A stretch of 64,000 nucleotides of DNA from Demequina sp. GTDB taxonomy: Bacteria > Actinomycetota > Actinomycetes > Actinomycetales > Demequinaceae. The stretch spans positions 62,790-126,789 of the forward strand of contig NZ_JBKEED010000036.1 in assembly GCF_047975725.1 (NCBI RefSeq). The letters run 5' to 3'. The notes under the pieces are model-generated. The model worked only from the letters and a program-made list of their open reading frames with translations, was not told where the DNA came from and searched no databases. Below, one piece after another: positions 1 to 8,855 of the stretch. Position 1 is the first letter of the stretch. Each line of letters starts with the position of its first letter. The translations under genes were made by a program, and so were the position numbers.

Positions 1-2
1 GG

Positions 3-146
3 TTCGCACGCGCCGTGCGGGGTGACACCTGGGGCACGTATCAGCACGAGCTGGGCTCCGCAGGCGGCACCGAGGTGGACATCAACGTCGACACCGACCT
101 GATGCGCCTAGCCACGGGCGGCACGCACCAGCCGCACCACCACTAG
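3..146 (+). CDS. 3' end of a CDS running in from the window edge (unknown product)
   Basis: Open frame FARAVRGDTWGTYQHE...HQPHHH ending TAG at 144-146, GC-rich third positions, followed by a hairpin at about 162-192. Confidence 0.45.
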   Translation, partial: FARAVRGDTWGTYQHELGSAGGTEVDINVDTDLMRLATGGTHQPHHH

Positions 147-273
147 CCCACACCACCTCAGGCCTGCCGGGAACGTCATTGACCCGGCAGGCGTTGCGCT
201 GTCGCGACGCCCACCACCCGGCCCGTGGCCACGGTGGGCACATGCTTAGTCCCCGACTCCAAGGAGCCCCACG

Positions 274-573
274 ATGAAGTGCCCCGTCGACAACGCCACC
301 CTCGTCATGAGCGACCGCCAGGGAGTAGAAATCGACTACTGCCCCGAGTGCCGCGGCGTCTGGCTGGACCGCGGAGAGCTCGACAAAATCATCGACCGCT
401 CGGCGCAGGTCGACGGCCCGCCCGCCGCGCCGTCCTCGCGCGTCGCCGATGACCGGTCGCGCCGCTACGACGGCGACCGCCGCGACGATTCGCGCTACTA
501 CGGCGACAACCAGCAGTACGGCCGCCGCAAGAAGAAGGAGTCGTGGCTGAGCGACATCCTCGACTTCGGCTAA
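274..573 (+). CDS. zf-TFIIB-type zinc-ribbon protein
   Basis: MKCPVD...IDYCPECRGVWLDRGELDKI and C-terminal KKKESWLSDILDF; AAGGAG RBS upstream. Confidence 0.85.
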   Translation: MKCPVDNATLVMSDRQGVEIDYCPECRGVWLDRGELDKIIDRSAQVDGPPAAPSSRVADDRSRRYDGDRRDDSRYYGDNQQYGRRKKKESWLSDILDFG

Positions 574-590
574 GCCACCCGACGCACCGC

Positions 591-636
591 TCGGCGCGGT
601 CAAAGGTCACGATCTAGAGACCTTTGACCGCGCCGA
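591..636. terminator. Perfect 18-bp stem hairpin, probable terminator
   Basis: TCGGCGCGGTCAAAGGTC-ACGATCTAGA-GACCTTTGACCGCGCCGA, 17 nt after the stop at 573. Confidence 0.6.
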
Positions 637-689
637 TGCCATGCCCGGGTAGGGTCCGAAGATAGCCCCGCCAACCGCAAGGAGGACTC

Positions 690-1010
690 ATGCCCGGCAC
701 CGCTGCTTTCGAGGTCACCCGCGACCGCACGTCGAGCCGTTACGTGATCGAGGCCGACGGTGATCATGCTGGGCATATCGACTTTGAGGAGCGCGACGGA
801 GCGGTCGTGATGACCCATACCGAGGTCGACGAGGCCTATCGGGGCACCGAGGCGGCCCGCACTCTTGCAGGTGGTGCGCTCGCGGACGTCGCGGCACGCG
901 GCCTTGCGGTGGTCCCGGAGTGCCCGTACATCGCGCGCTACCTGTCCCGCAACGAGGTGCCCGGGCTGGAGATCAGGCCCCTCGAGGTCAGATCAGCAGA
1001 GCCCGCGTAA
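690..1010 (+). CDS. Small GNAT-family acetyltransferase (YjdJ/Acetyltransf_CG-like)
   Basis: HTEVDEAYRG...VVPECPYIARYL motif; GGAGG RBS. Confidence 0.85.
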   Translation: MPGTAAFEVTRDRTSSRYVIEADGDHAGHIDFEERDGAVVMTHTEVDEAYRGTEAARTLAGGALADVAARGLAVVPECPYIARYLSRNEVPGLEIRPLEVRSAEPA

Positions 1011-1013
1011 GGA

Positions 1014-2321
1014 CTAGCGGACTGTCACCTCAGCGCTTACCCGGATCGCGGTCGCCGAGCACGGCACCTTTCCGGCCGCATCGTAGGCCCGCGAGCCGTC
1101 CTGACCCACCCAGTCGTTGAGGTTCGCGCCGAGCGTCCCGGTCAGCGTGCCGACCGCTTGGTACGTCCCTGGCCGGCCCGGGTCCACGTCCGCGAGGTCC
1201 CAGCTCACGGGGAAACTCGCCTCCCCGCCGCCGTGCAGGAGCGCCGATGCGCTCGCTGGCAGCGCCGCTCGCACGGCCTCGAGCGTCTCGCCTTGGGCAA
1301 CCCTCGCGGGAGCGAGCGATGAAGCGACGGCCTCTCGCGCATCGGCCGCACGCAAGGCGTCGTAGCGGTCGCGGGTGAGCGGCAACACTCCCCCGTGCTT
1401 GGTCGAGCGAGCGAGGTCGAAGTCGCCGTCGGGGACCTCGCTCCACGGGCTGTCCGCGTCGAGATCCGTCGCGACCATGGGCCGGTAGCCCACGTCGGGG
1501 ATCACGTCCACGAGCAGGTACCAGCGCTCGTCGCCGCGCACGTGCAGCATCGCGGGCCCCTCGACTCCGCCGGGCTCTCCACCGGCATACCCGGCGCCGA
1601 TGCGCGTCTGGGTCTGCGTCCAGGTCGCCTGGGGCAGCCACCAACGGGCGTCGTCGCAGTGCTCCATGTACAGGCCGCGGCCGGTGCCGTTGTCCTTGGT
1701 CACGCGGTAGGTGCGGGCGCCGTGGCGCAGCATGGTCGCGTCGATGACGTCGCCTGGCGCGTCGATGAGCACTCCGCCCGTCACCCATCCCGCCTGAGTG
1801 AAGTCCCGCGTCGCACCCCACAGGATGCGGTGGCGACCCGTCTCGTCGGAGGAGGACCAGTACACGACGAACGCCCCGCCGTAGGCGTCGAAGCCCTCGA
1901 CCCACAGCGCCTCCGGCGCCCACATCATGCCCATGTGCGGCGCGGCGGTGTTGGCGGTGCCGTCGGGGCCGCACGCGACGTCGATTTGACGCTGGGGGGT
2001 CCAGGTGATGAGGTCGTCCGACTCCCACACGTTCATGCGCGTCGAGTAACCGTCGGCCCAGCCAGCCCAGCCCGCCTGGTCGCCGCCGAACACCCGCAGG
2101 TCGGTCGCGATGATGAAGTAGCGGCCGTCGGGACGGCGCAACAGGTACGGGTCGCGCACGCCCGTCGTGGACAGGTGCGAGGCGAGGATGGCCTCGCCGC
2201 CGTTGAGCCGGTCCCAAGCCTGCGGGTTGTCACCGCGCGAGATCGACAGGTGGACCTTCTCGCGGTACCCGTGGGCGTCCTCGACAAAGTGCACCATGAG
2301 GTAGCCGTAGGGCTCGCTCAT
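1014..2321 (-). CDS. GH43 glycoside hydrolase with C-terminal Ig-like domain, no signal peptide
   Basis: GVRDPY, IIATDL, WAPEA, IDAT, VEGP, KHG motifs; overlaps the upstream GH43 by 4 nt. Confidence 0.85.
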   Translation of the reverse strand: MSEPYGYLMVHFVEDAHGYREKVHLSISRGDNPQAWDRLNGGEAILASHLSTTGVRDPYLLRRPDGRYFIIATDLRVFGGDQAGWAGWADGYSTRMNVWESDDLITWTPQRQIDVACGPDGTANTAAPHMGMMWAPEALWVEGFDAYGGAFVVYWSSSDETGRHRILWGATRDFTQAGWVTGGVLIDAPGDVIDATMLRHGARTYRVTKDNGTGRGLYMEHCDDARWWLPQATWTQTQTRIGAGYAGGEPGGVEGPAMLHVRGDERWYLLVDVIPDVGYRPMVATDLDADSPWSEVPDGDFDLARSTKHGGVLPLTRDRYDALRAADAREAVASSLAPARVAQGETLEAVRAALPASASALLHGGGEASFPVSWDLADVDPGRPGTYQAVGTLTGTLGANLNDWVGQDGSRAYDAAGKVPCSATAIRVSAEVTVR

Positions 2322-4225
2322 GCGTCGCCTCCCGCCACCACGCGCACGGTCACGGTCACCTCACGGAACCGCGGCGCGAGCTCCTCTTCGGTCTCCATGT
2401 CCAGGCGCGGCAGACCGTCGGCAGTCCAGTGGACGCGGCGTACGAACGTGTCGCGGCCCGTGAGCCCCAGGTGGTCGGTGCGGGCGTGGAAGACGTAAAT
2501 CTGGTTGCCGTCTTCGTCCACCGACCACATGCCGTGACCGGTGCCGAGCTGGTACTCGCCGTTGAACGGCCCAGACTTCTGAATGGGCTGGCCCAGGCGT
2601 GCCCAGGCGGCGGGGTCGGTGAGGTTGGCCCCGCACGCGGCCGTGGCGAGGCCCGTGGTGTACGTGTCGCCCACCGTCGAGCCCGAGTACAACAGGTGCA
2701 AGCGGCCGTCACGCACGTGGACGTTGGGGCCCTCGGCGATCGTGTTGTCCCACGCGTAGAGGGGCGCGAGGATGCGCACCGGCTCGCTCGTCAGGCGCGT
2801 GGGATCGGCAGGGTCCATCGTCGCGATGAACACCGACCCGAGCATCTGCCAGCAGTAATAGTGATTGCCGGAGTCCTCGATGTACGTCATGTCGAGCGAG
2901 ATCCCGGCGCGGTCGTTGAGCACCGAACCGTCGGCACGGGTCACATGCTGTGCCTTGGTCCAGCTCGCGGGGTCGGTGGGATCCAGGTGGCGACCCTGAT
3001 CGTCGCGGCGCAATTGGATGATGCTCGCACGGCCGGTCCACATGTCGGTGCGGCCGTCCTCGCCGTCGTACGACGGCATGAACAAGATCGACAGTTCGCC
3101 GTCGATGACGTGAATCTCAGGCGCCCAGAAGCAGCCCGTCATCGCGTTGCCCTCGGCGTCGAGGTCGCCCGCGACCAGCAGGTCAGTCTCGAGGTCAGCC
3201 CCACCGGCCGAGTCCGCGAGCGCAGCGATGGAATCGGCCATGCGCAGCGGCATGCCGATGGGTCCGCCCGCGTTCGACACGGGGTCGAGGTGGAGATCCT
3301 TGGTCGCGATCATGAGGAACACCTCGCGCCCGTTGAAGTCGAAGGCGCAGATGGTCGGGTCTGCGCGCTCGTCGGCAAAGGGGGTCGGGTAGACGGCCTG
3401 CTTCACGGCGCCCACGAGTCGGTGCTCGCCGGCCACCGAGGTGTCGATCCCGTCGAGCCCAGCACCAGACCAGTCGATCGCGAGCGAGCCGGTGGATCCG
3501 TCCGAGTAATCCAACTCGAGACGCGCGGGCAGGTCGCCTGCGGTGAGCGCGGCGCCCACCGGCACCTCGACGGCGGCGAGCGGCCGCGCATCCGTGTTGA
3601 CGACCGGGCCAAAGCGGTCGCGCAGTGCCTGCGCAACGCCCGCGTCCACCTCCAGCACGCTTCCCGAGCGCAGGTGCGGGATGGCCGATGCGCCAGCGGC
3701 TTGAGGTTCAAGCTCACCCTCGAGTGGGCCGGGTGAGGCCGTGGGCTCACCCACGTGCGCCGAGGTCGAGAACTCGCTGAGGGTGGCCAGCCAGGCCTGC
3801 CCCTCGTCGTCGACCCAGGTGATCACGTACGCGCCGTCGCGCGCCTCGAACGCCGCATCGAACACGCCACCGGTGACGCCAATGTCCAGCAGGCCAAGCT
3901 CGGTGAAGGTGATGAGGTCGGGCGTGGTCGCGAGCAGTACCGAGGATCGCTCGGTGCCGTCGGGGCCGCCTCCGCGAGCCACGCGGGTGGCCATCACACC
4001 AAAGGTGCCGTCGGCGAGGCGCGCGACGTGGGGGTCGACGAGCGAGCGCAGGTCGGGGTCGAACGTGCCGTCGGGTCCCGGCTCCTGCGCAACACCCGCA
4101 AAGAACACGCCGTAGCCGTCGAACAGTGGCTCGCCGCCGAGGGCGAGGTGCAGGCTGTGAGCGACGTCGGGGTTGTTTGCCTCCGCCTCGGTCGTGGGGT
4201 GGCGGTCGTAGGCCAGCAGCGTCAC
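2318..4225 (-). CDS. GH43 glycoside hydrolase (arabinofuranosidase-like) with Ig-like domain
   Basis: RADP, WAPEIH, SLDMT, EGP, GTGHG motifs; start placed at in-frame GTG 4225 because the ORF-track start (4273) spans an operator palindrome. Confidence 0.8.
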   Translation of the reverse strand: MTLLAYDRHPTTEAEANNPDVAHSLHLALGGEPLFDGYGVFFAGVAQEPGPDGTFDPDLRSLVDPHVARLADGTFGVMATRVARGGGPDGTERSSVLLATTPDLITFTELGLLDIGVTGGVFDAAFEARDGAYVITWVDDEGQAWLATLSEFSTSAHVGEPTASPGPLEGELEPQAAGASAIPHLRSGSVLEVDAGVAQALRDRFGPVVNTDARPLAAVEVPVGAALTAGDLPARLELDYSDGSTGSLAIDWSGAGLDGIDTSVAGEHRLVGAVKQAVYPTPFADERADPTICAFDFNGREVFLMIATKDLHLDPVSNAGGPIGMPLRMADSIAALADSAGGADLETDLLVAGDLDAEGNAMTGCFWAPEIHVIDGELSILFMPSYDGEDGRTDMWTGRASIIQLRRDDQGRHLDPTDPASWTKAQHVTRADGSVLNDRAGISLDMTYIEDSGNHYYCWQMLGSVFIATMDPADPTRLTSEPVRILAPLYAWDNTIAEGPNVHVRDGRLHLLYSGSTVGDTYTTGLATAACGANLTDPAAWARLGQPIQKSGPFNGEYQLGTGHGMWSVDEDGNQIYVFHARTDHLGLTGRDTFVRRVHWTADGLPRLDMETEEELAPRFREVTVTVRVVAGGDA

Positions 4226-4252
4226 GGTGGCGGTGGCGTTCGCAGGCGGTTC

Positions 4253-4264
4253 TACATCGTTGTA
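4253..4264. promoter_or_regulatory. Candidate LacI-family operator, copy 1
   Basis: TACATCGTTGTA; same motif at 11887 and 17940, each upstream of a GH43 unit. Confidence 0.7.
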
Positions 4265-4282
4265 ATCAAGCACACGAAGAGA

Positions 4283-4939
4283 CTACCCCGCCGCGCGCGC
4301 ACGGGCCACCACGCGCCCGCGTTGCGTGTCCCAGAAGCGATCGAGCATGAGGCGCGCCTCGTCGCGATCCGCGTCGGCTCCAAACAGCTCGGTGCCCGGC
4401 TCGAACCGCATGCCCTCCGCGAGCGGTCCCGCGACGATTGGGTCAAAACCCATCGCATCGATCAACGCCGCCACGTGGGCCGTGTCCGCCTGATCGTCGC
4501 CCGCGAGCGCGACTGCGATGCGCTCAGGTTCCCCCGCGCGCCGAGCGAGATTCTCGAGCGCATAGGCCGACAGGTGGTTCAAGGCCTTGACCACGCGTGC
4601 ACCCTCGAGGAACGCCGCCACGGTCTGGGAGGTCGAGGTGGTCGGATCGTCAAGGTCGGGCCGGGCGCCATCGAGCTCCCACCAGTAGTTCATCGCGTCG
4701 ATGACGAGCGCGCCCCGCAGCCGCTCGGCCGGCAGGGAGCGGTAGCGGCCCAGCGGGATGGCGAGCACTACAGCGTCGGCCGCCACGACTGGCGAGATGT
4801 CATCAGCCGAGCCTGCGAGCGCCACGGCGACACCCGCATCGGCCGCTCGAGCGGCAAGCGCCTTGCCCACTCTGCCCGCACCCAAGATCCCGAGCGAGGC
4901 GAGGGGCGGGGCGGGCGCGTACGGCACAGGGTCACTCAC
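4283..4939 (-). CDS. NADPH-dependent F420 reductase-family oxidoreductase
   Basis: GILGAGRVG Rossmann motif, VIDAMNY, VVKALNH, AGDD. Confidence 0.8.
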   Translation of the reverse strand: MSDPVPYAPAPPLASLGILGAGRVGKALAARAADAGVAVALAGSADDISPVVAADAVVLAIPLGRYRSLPAERLRGALVIDAMNYWWELDGARPDLDDPTTSTSQTVAAFLEGARVVKALNHLSAYALENLARRAGEPERIAVALAGDDQADTAHVAALIDAMGFDPIVAGPLAEGMRFEPGTELFGADADRDEARLMLDRFWDTQRGRVVARARAAG

Positions 4940-4966
4940 ACCCGTACCGTACGCGAGGCCGCGCCG

Positions 4967-5737
4967 TCAGTCGGACTTGCGCATGGTGCGAATCCCGACG
5001 ACCAGGCCAACTGCCGCGACCGCGAGCGCGGACAGCAGCCCCCAGCCCACTGAGGCGGACCACAGGTCGCCTGCCATGAGGTCACGCTCGGCTTGGACCA
5101 CCCAGTTGACGGGGTTCACCGCAGCGACGGCCGACATCCAGCGCGGGCCCGCATCAAGCGGCAGCAGCACGCCGGACAGGATCAGCAGGGGGAAGATGAG
5201 CGTCTGCTGCACGGCCCAGAACATCCACTCGCGGTTCTTGGTCACGAGCGCGAGCGCGTACGACAGCGATCCGAGTCCCATGCCGAACACCGCGAGGATC
5301 GCGATGCCGACCAGCAGCCCCAGCACGTTCGGGTGGAAGCCAAAGGGCCAGGCGATCGCCACGATGACGAGCACCTGCGCGACGATGGGCACCACCTCTT
5401 TGAAGGCGCGGCCGGCGAGCAGCGAGGCTCGGCTGAGCGGCGCGACCAGCGTGCGCTCGTGCGAGCCGGTCATCATTTCGTACTGCAGGTTCGAGCCCGT
5501 CACGCCGGTGCCAAACAGGACGATCATGGCGAGCACGCCCGGCACGAACCACGCGAGCGTGGCCGCCGTGCTCTCCCCCGAGGTGCCGATCAGCAGCGGC
5601 GTGAACAGCCCCAAGAACACCAAGGGCTGCACCAGGGAGAACACCACCGAGATGGGGTCGCGCAGCACGGGCTTGAGTTCGCGCAGCATCACATTGAGTG
5701 TGTCGCGAGCGGGCGATGAGGTGACGGTGGCGGTCAT
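4967..5737 (-). CDS. ABC-2 type exporter permease
   Basis: About six hydrophobic segments, QPLVFLGLF, LSG..LP, NPVNW; coupled to the ATPase gene. Confidence 0.9.
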   Translation of the reverse strand: MTATVTSSPARDTLNVMLRELKPVLRDPISVVFSLVQPLVFLGLFTPLLIGTSGESTAATLAWFVPGVLAMIVLFGTGVTGSNLQYEMMTGSHERTLVAPLSRASLLAGRAFKEVVPIVAQVLVIVAIAWPFGFHPNVLGLLVGIAILAVFGMGLGSLSYALALVTKNREWMFWAVQQTLIFPLLILSGVLLPLDAGPRWMSAVAAVNPVNWVVQAERDLMAGDLWSASVGWGLLSALAVAAVGLVVGIRTMRKSD

Positions 5738-6756
5738 GACTGGTCTCCTGAGGGGATCTGGGCGTACACGGACGTGGGCGTGGTGGCTTCGCCGCCGGCG
5801 TCGCGCAGCGAGCGGCCGGTCAGGGCGAGGAATACGTCATCGAGGGTGGGCGGCACTCCGGTGGCACGCACCACCTCGAGCCCCTCGGCGTCGAGCGAGC
5901 GAATCAGGCGCGGGAGTAGCCGCTCACCGTCCTCGACATTGGCCGCCAACGTCAGCGAGTCGAGTTGCGTGACTGCCCTGGCGGCGAGGCGGTCGACGAC
6001 GGGGATCGCGGCCAGCGCATCGGCCGGCGTGGCAAATCCCAGGGTGATCGCGTCGCCAGCGAGAGTGGCCTTCAGGCCGGCGGCGGTGTCGTCGGCAATG
6101 ACCCTGCCGCCGTCCATCACCATGACGCGCTCCGCATACCGGTCCGCCTCTTCGAGGTAGTGCGTGGTGAGGAAGACGGTGGTGCCGTGCTGCTCGCGCA
6201 AGCTCAGGATGTGCTGCCACAGGTTGGCGCGACTCTGAGGGTCCAGGCCCGTCGAGGGCTCGTCCAAGAACAACAGCGGCGGCGCGTGCATGAGCCCCAA
6301 GGCGATGTCGAGGCGGCGCTTCTGACCCCCGGACAACTGCTGCACGGTGCGGTCGCCAAACGTCGCAAGGTCGAGCGACTCGATGAGCGAGTCGGCACGC
6401 TCGCGCGACTCGCGCTTGCCCACGCCGTAGAACGCACCTTGGCTGAGCAACTCATCGCGCACACGCTGGGCGAAGGAACCCGAGGTGCCTTGGCCCACAT
6501 AGCCGATGCGCGCACGCACCGCATGGGCCTGGGTGGCGATGTCGTAGCCGACGACATGAGCCCCGCCCGAGGTGGGCGGAATCAGCGTGGTCAGCATGCG
6601 AATGGTGGTGGACTTGCCCGCTCCGTTGGGGCCGAGGAATGCGACGAGTGCGCCGCGCTCGACCTCGAAGGACACGTCGGTGACGGCATCGACCGTGGTC
6701 TTGCCGCGAGTGAACTGCTTAGTGAGGCCGTTTGCCTCGATGATCGGGGTGCTCAT
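5734..6756 (-). CDS. ABC exporter ATP-binding protein (DrrA-like)
   Basis: GPNGAGKST, LSGGQ, FLDEP, TTHY, PTLDDVFLALTG. Confidence 0.92.
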   Translation of the reverse strand: MSTPIIEANGLTKQFTRGKTTVDAVTDVSFEVERGALVAFLGPNGAGKSTTIRMLTTLIPPTSGGAHVVGYDIATQAHAVRARIGYVGQGTSGSFAQRVRDELLSQGAFYGVGKRESRERADSLIESLDLATFGDRTVQQLSGGQKRRLDIALGLMHAPPLLFLDEPSTGLDPQSRANLWQHILSLREQHGTTVFLTTHYLEEADRYAERVMVMDGGRVIADDTAAGLKATLAGDAITLGFATPADALAAIPVVDRLAARAVTQLDSLTLAANVEDGERLLPRLIRSLDAEGLEVVRATGVPPTLDDVFLALTGRSLRDAGGEATTPTSVYAQIPSGDQS

Positions 6757-6776
6757 GGGGACGAGGCTAGAGATAA

Positions 6777-6799
6777 TTGCGGACAGATACTGTCCTCAA
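6777..6799. promoter_or_regulatory. Inverted repeat in divergent promoter, candidate WYL-regulator operator
   Basis: TTGCGGACAG-ATA-CTGTCCTCAA (9 of 10 paired) in the 62-bp gap between divergent genes. Confidence 0.6.
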
Positions 6800-6818
6800 A
6801 GCGTGAGATTCTGGCGCC

Positions 6819-7784
6819 ATGGCCGACACCACCGCACGAGCCCTCGCATTGCTGGACCTCCTCCAGCGCCATCGCCACTGGAGCGGCGCCGACCTTGCCC
6901 GGCGCCTCGGCACCACCGAGCGGACCGTGCGCCGCGACGTCGACCGCCTGCGCGCCCTCGGGTATCGCATCGACTCGAGCACCGGTCGCGACGGCGGCTA
7001 CCGGCTCGACGCAGGCGGAACCATGCCGCCGTTGCTGCTCAGCGAAGACGAGGCCGTCGCGATCGCCGTGGGGCTGAGAGTGGCCGCCGCCGAGCAACTC
7101 GTCGACGGCGCCGCCACCGCCCTGTCCGCCATCGCCAAACTCGAGCAGGTGCTCGCCCCCGAGTTGCGACGCAAGGTCGCCGCGCTCGCGACGGCCATGA
7201 CGGCCCCCGGGCAACCACGAACTCCCCACGTGCCCGCAGCCCTGCTGGGACAGTTGGCCCTCGCATGCCGCGACCGGGAGCGCGTGCGGTTTTCGTACAC
7301 GGACGCACAGGCGGTCCAATCCCGCCGCCGCGTCGAGCCGCACGCGCTCGCACCTGCGCACGGGCGCTGGTACCTGGTGGCGTGGGACCTCGAACGCGAC
7401 GACTGGCGCACCTTTCGGGTCGACCGACTCGACAGCCTCACCCCCACGGGTGCCCACTTCACCGCCCGCGCACTCACCCGCGCCGAGATCGACGAACGCA
7501 TCATGGTCGCGAGTTCCTCACAGCGCCAAGCAGTCGAAGCCCACGCCGTGCTCGACATGTCGATGGAGGACTTCGAGGCCCGCATGGGCGTGTGGGCGCA
7601 AGGCGCGCAGCTGGCCGGTGTGGGCCGCATCCGGTGGGGCTTCGGCGGCAGTGATGTGCGCGACCTGATCTACGCCATGTCGTGGCTGCCGCCCGAAGCG
7701 GACTGGACCATCGAACTCGCCCCCGAGCACCGCGACGAACTCACGGCCATGCTCACGCGGCTCCTCGACGCGGCGCAGTCGTAG
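6819..7784 (+). CDS. YafY-family HTH-WYL transcriptional regulator
   Basis: HTH RTVRRDVDRLRALGY, GGYRL, then RWYLVAWDLERDDWRTFRVDR. Confidence 0.93.
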   Translation: MADTTARALALLDLLQRHRHWSGADLARRLGTTERTVRRDVDRLRALGYRIDSSTGRDGGYRLDAGGTMPPLLLSEDEAVAIAVGLRVAAAEQLVDGAATALSAIAKLEQVLAPELRRKVAALATAMTAPGQPRTPHVPAALLGQLALACRDRERVRFSYTDAQAVQSRRRVEPHALAPAHGRWYLVAWDLERDDWRTFRVDRLDSLTPTGAHFTARALTRAEIDERIMVASSSQRQAVEAHAVLDMSMEDFEARMGVWAQGAQLAGVGRIRWGFGGSDVRDLIYAMSWLPPEADWTIELAPEHRDELTAMLTRLLDAAQS

Positions 7785-7808
7785 CGGCGCAGTCGTAGCG
7801 GCGCAGTC
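7770..7808. repeat. 14-bp tandem repeat, about 2.8 copies
   Basis: GCGGCGCAGTCGTA twice plus GCGGCGCAGTC, spanning the stop codon. Confidence 0.85.
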
Positions 7809-7839
7809 CGACGCCTCGCTGCCAGCCTAGGGTGGAGCC

Positions 7840-8667
7840 ATGTCTTCCAGCCCCCGCGTGATCTTCCTCGACATCGACGGCACCTACGCCTCTCACGGCG
7901 AAGTGCCTGCCGCCCACGCTGAGGCGGTGAGGAGGGTGCGCGCGGGCGGCCACCGCGTGCTGCTGTGCACCGGGCGAGCGCGTTGTGCCGTGACGTCCCT
8001 CGTGGAGTCGGCCCCGTTCGACGGACTCGTGTGTGGAGCAGGCGCGTACGCCGAGGTGGACGGCACCGTGCTGTACGACCACGCTTTCCCGCGCGAGATC
8101 GCTGACCGCAGCATCGATGCGCTCATGGCACACCAGGCGGACATGCTCGTCGAGTCCACCGAGGCGCTGTACATGCTGCCCGCCGCCGCGCGCGCGATGG
8201 ACGAGCGTGCGGCACGCGCCAAGAGCAACGGCGAGCAGGCCTCGTTGTGGAAGGACCTCATCGGCGCGCGCCGCGTGGTCGAGGACCTTCACGGCCTGAA
8301 CTTTGGCAAGGTCGTCACCATGTCAGCCACGGCGGAATTGAGCGCAATCGCGAGCCTCATCGGCCCCGAGGTTGCCGCCGTCGAGACCTCCATCAAGGAC
8401 ATTGGCCGCGGCTCGGGCGAGCTGTACATGGCGCACGTCACCAAGGCCGTCGGTGTCGATGCCGTGCTCGATCACCTGGGCCTGACCAGGGCCGATGCGG
8501 TGGGCGCCGGCGACGGACCCAACGACCTCGAGATGCTCGCCGCGGTCGGCACCGCGATTGGGATCGAAGGAGGCCACCCCGGCGTCCTCGCGGCCGCGGA
8601 CATCGTCGTGCCCGGTCCTGAGAACGCCGGGCTGGTGCGTGCCTTCGCGGAGCTCGGGCTCGGCTAG
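7840..8667 (+). CDS. Cof-type HAD hydrolase
   Basis: FLDIDGT, CTGR, K, GDGPNDLEM motifs. Confidence 0.9.
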   Translation: MSSSPRVIFLDIDGTYASHGEVPAAHAEAVRRVRAGGHRVLLCTGRARCAVTSLVESAPFDGLVCGAGAYAEVDGTVLYDHAFPREIADRSIDALMAHQADMLVESTEALYMLPAAARAMDERAARAKSNGEQASLWKDLIGARRVVEDLHGLNFGKVVTMSATAELSAIASLIGPEVAAVETSIKDIGRGSGELYMAHVTKAVGVDAVLDHLGLTRADAVGAGDGPNDLEMLAAVGTAIGIEGGHPGVLAAADIVVPGPENAGLVRAFAELGLG

Positions 8668-8855
8668 TGGCGCCGCGCGTGCGGCACTGAACCCGCCGCC
8701 CGGGTGAGATTCCTCACCTGGCACCATGCGCATCGGCCATGCTGGCCCTGGCCGCACGGCGGCCTCGGTGGCACAATGAACCGGTTCGACGCATTGTGGC
8801 GTGCCGCTAGCGCGACCACCGTCGTGCCCGCGCCACATGCCAGAAAGGCCCCGGC

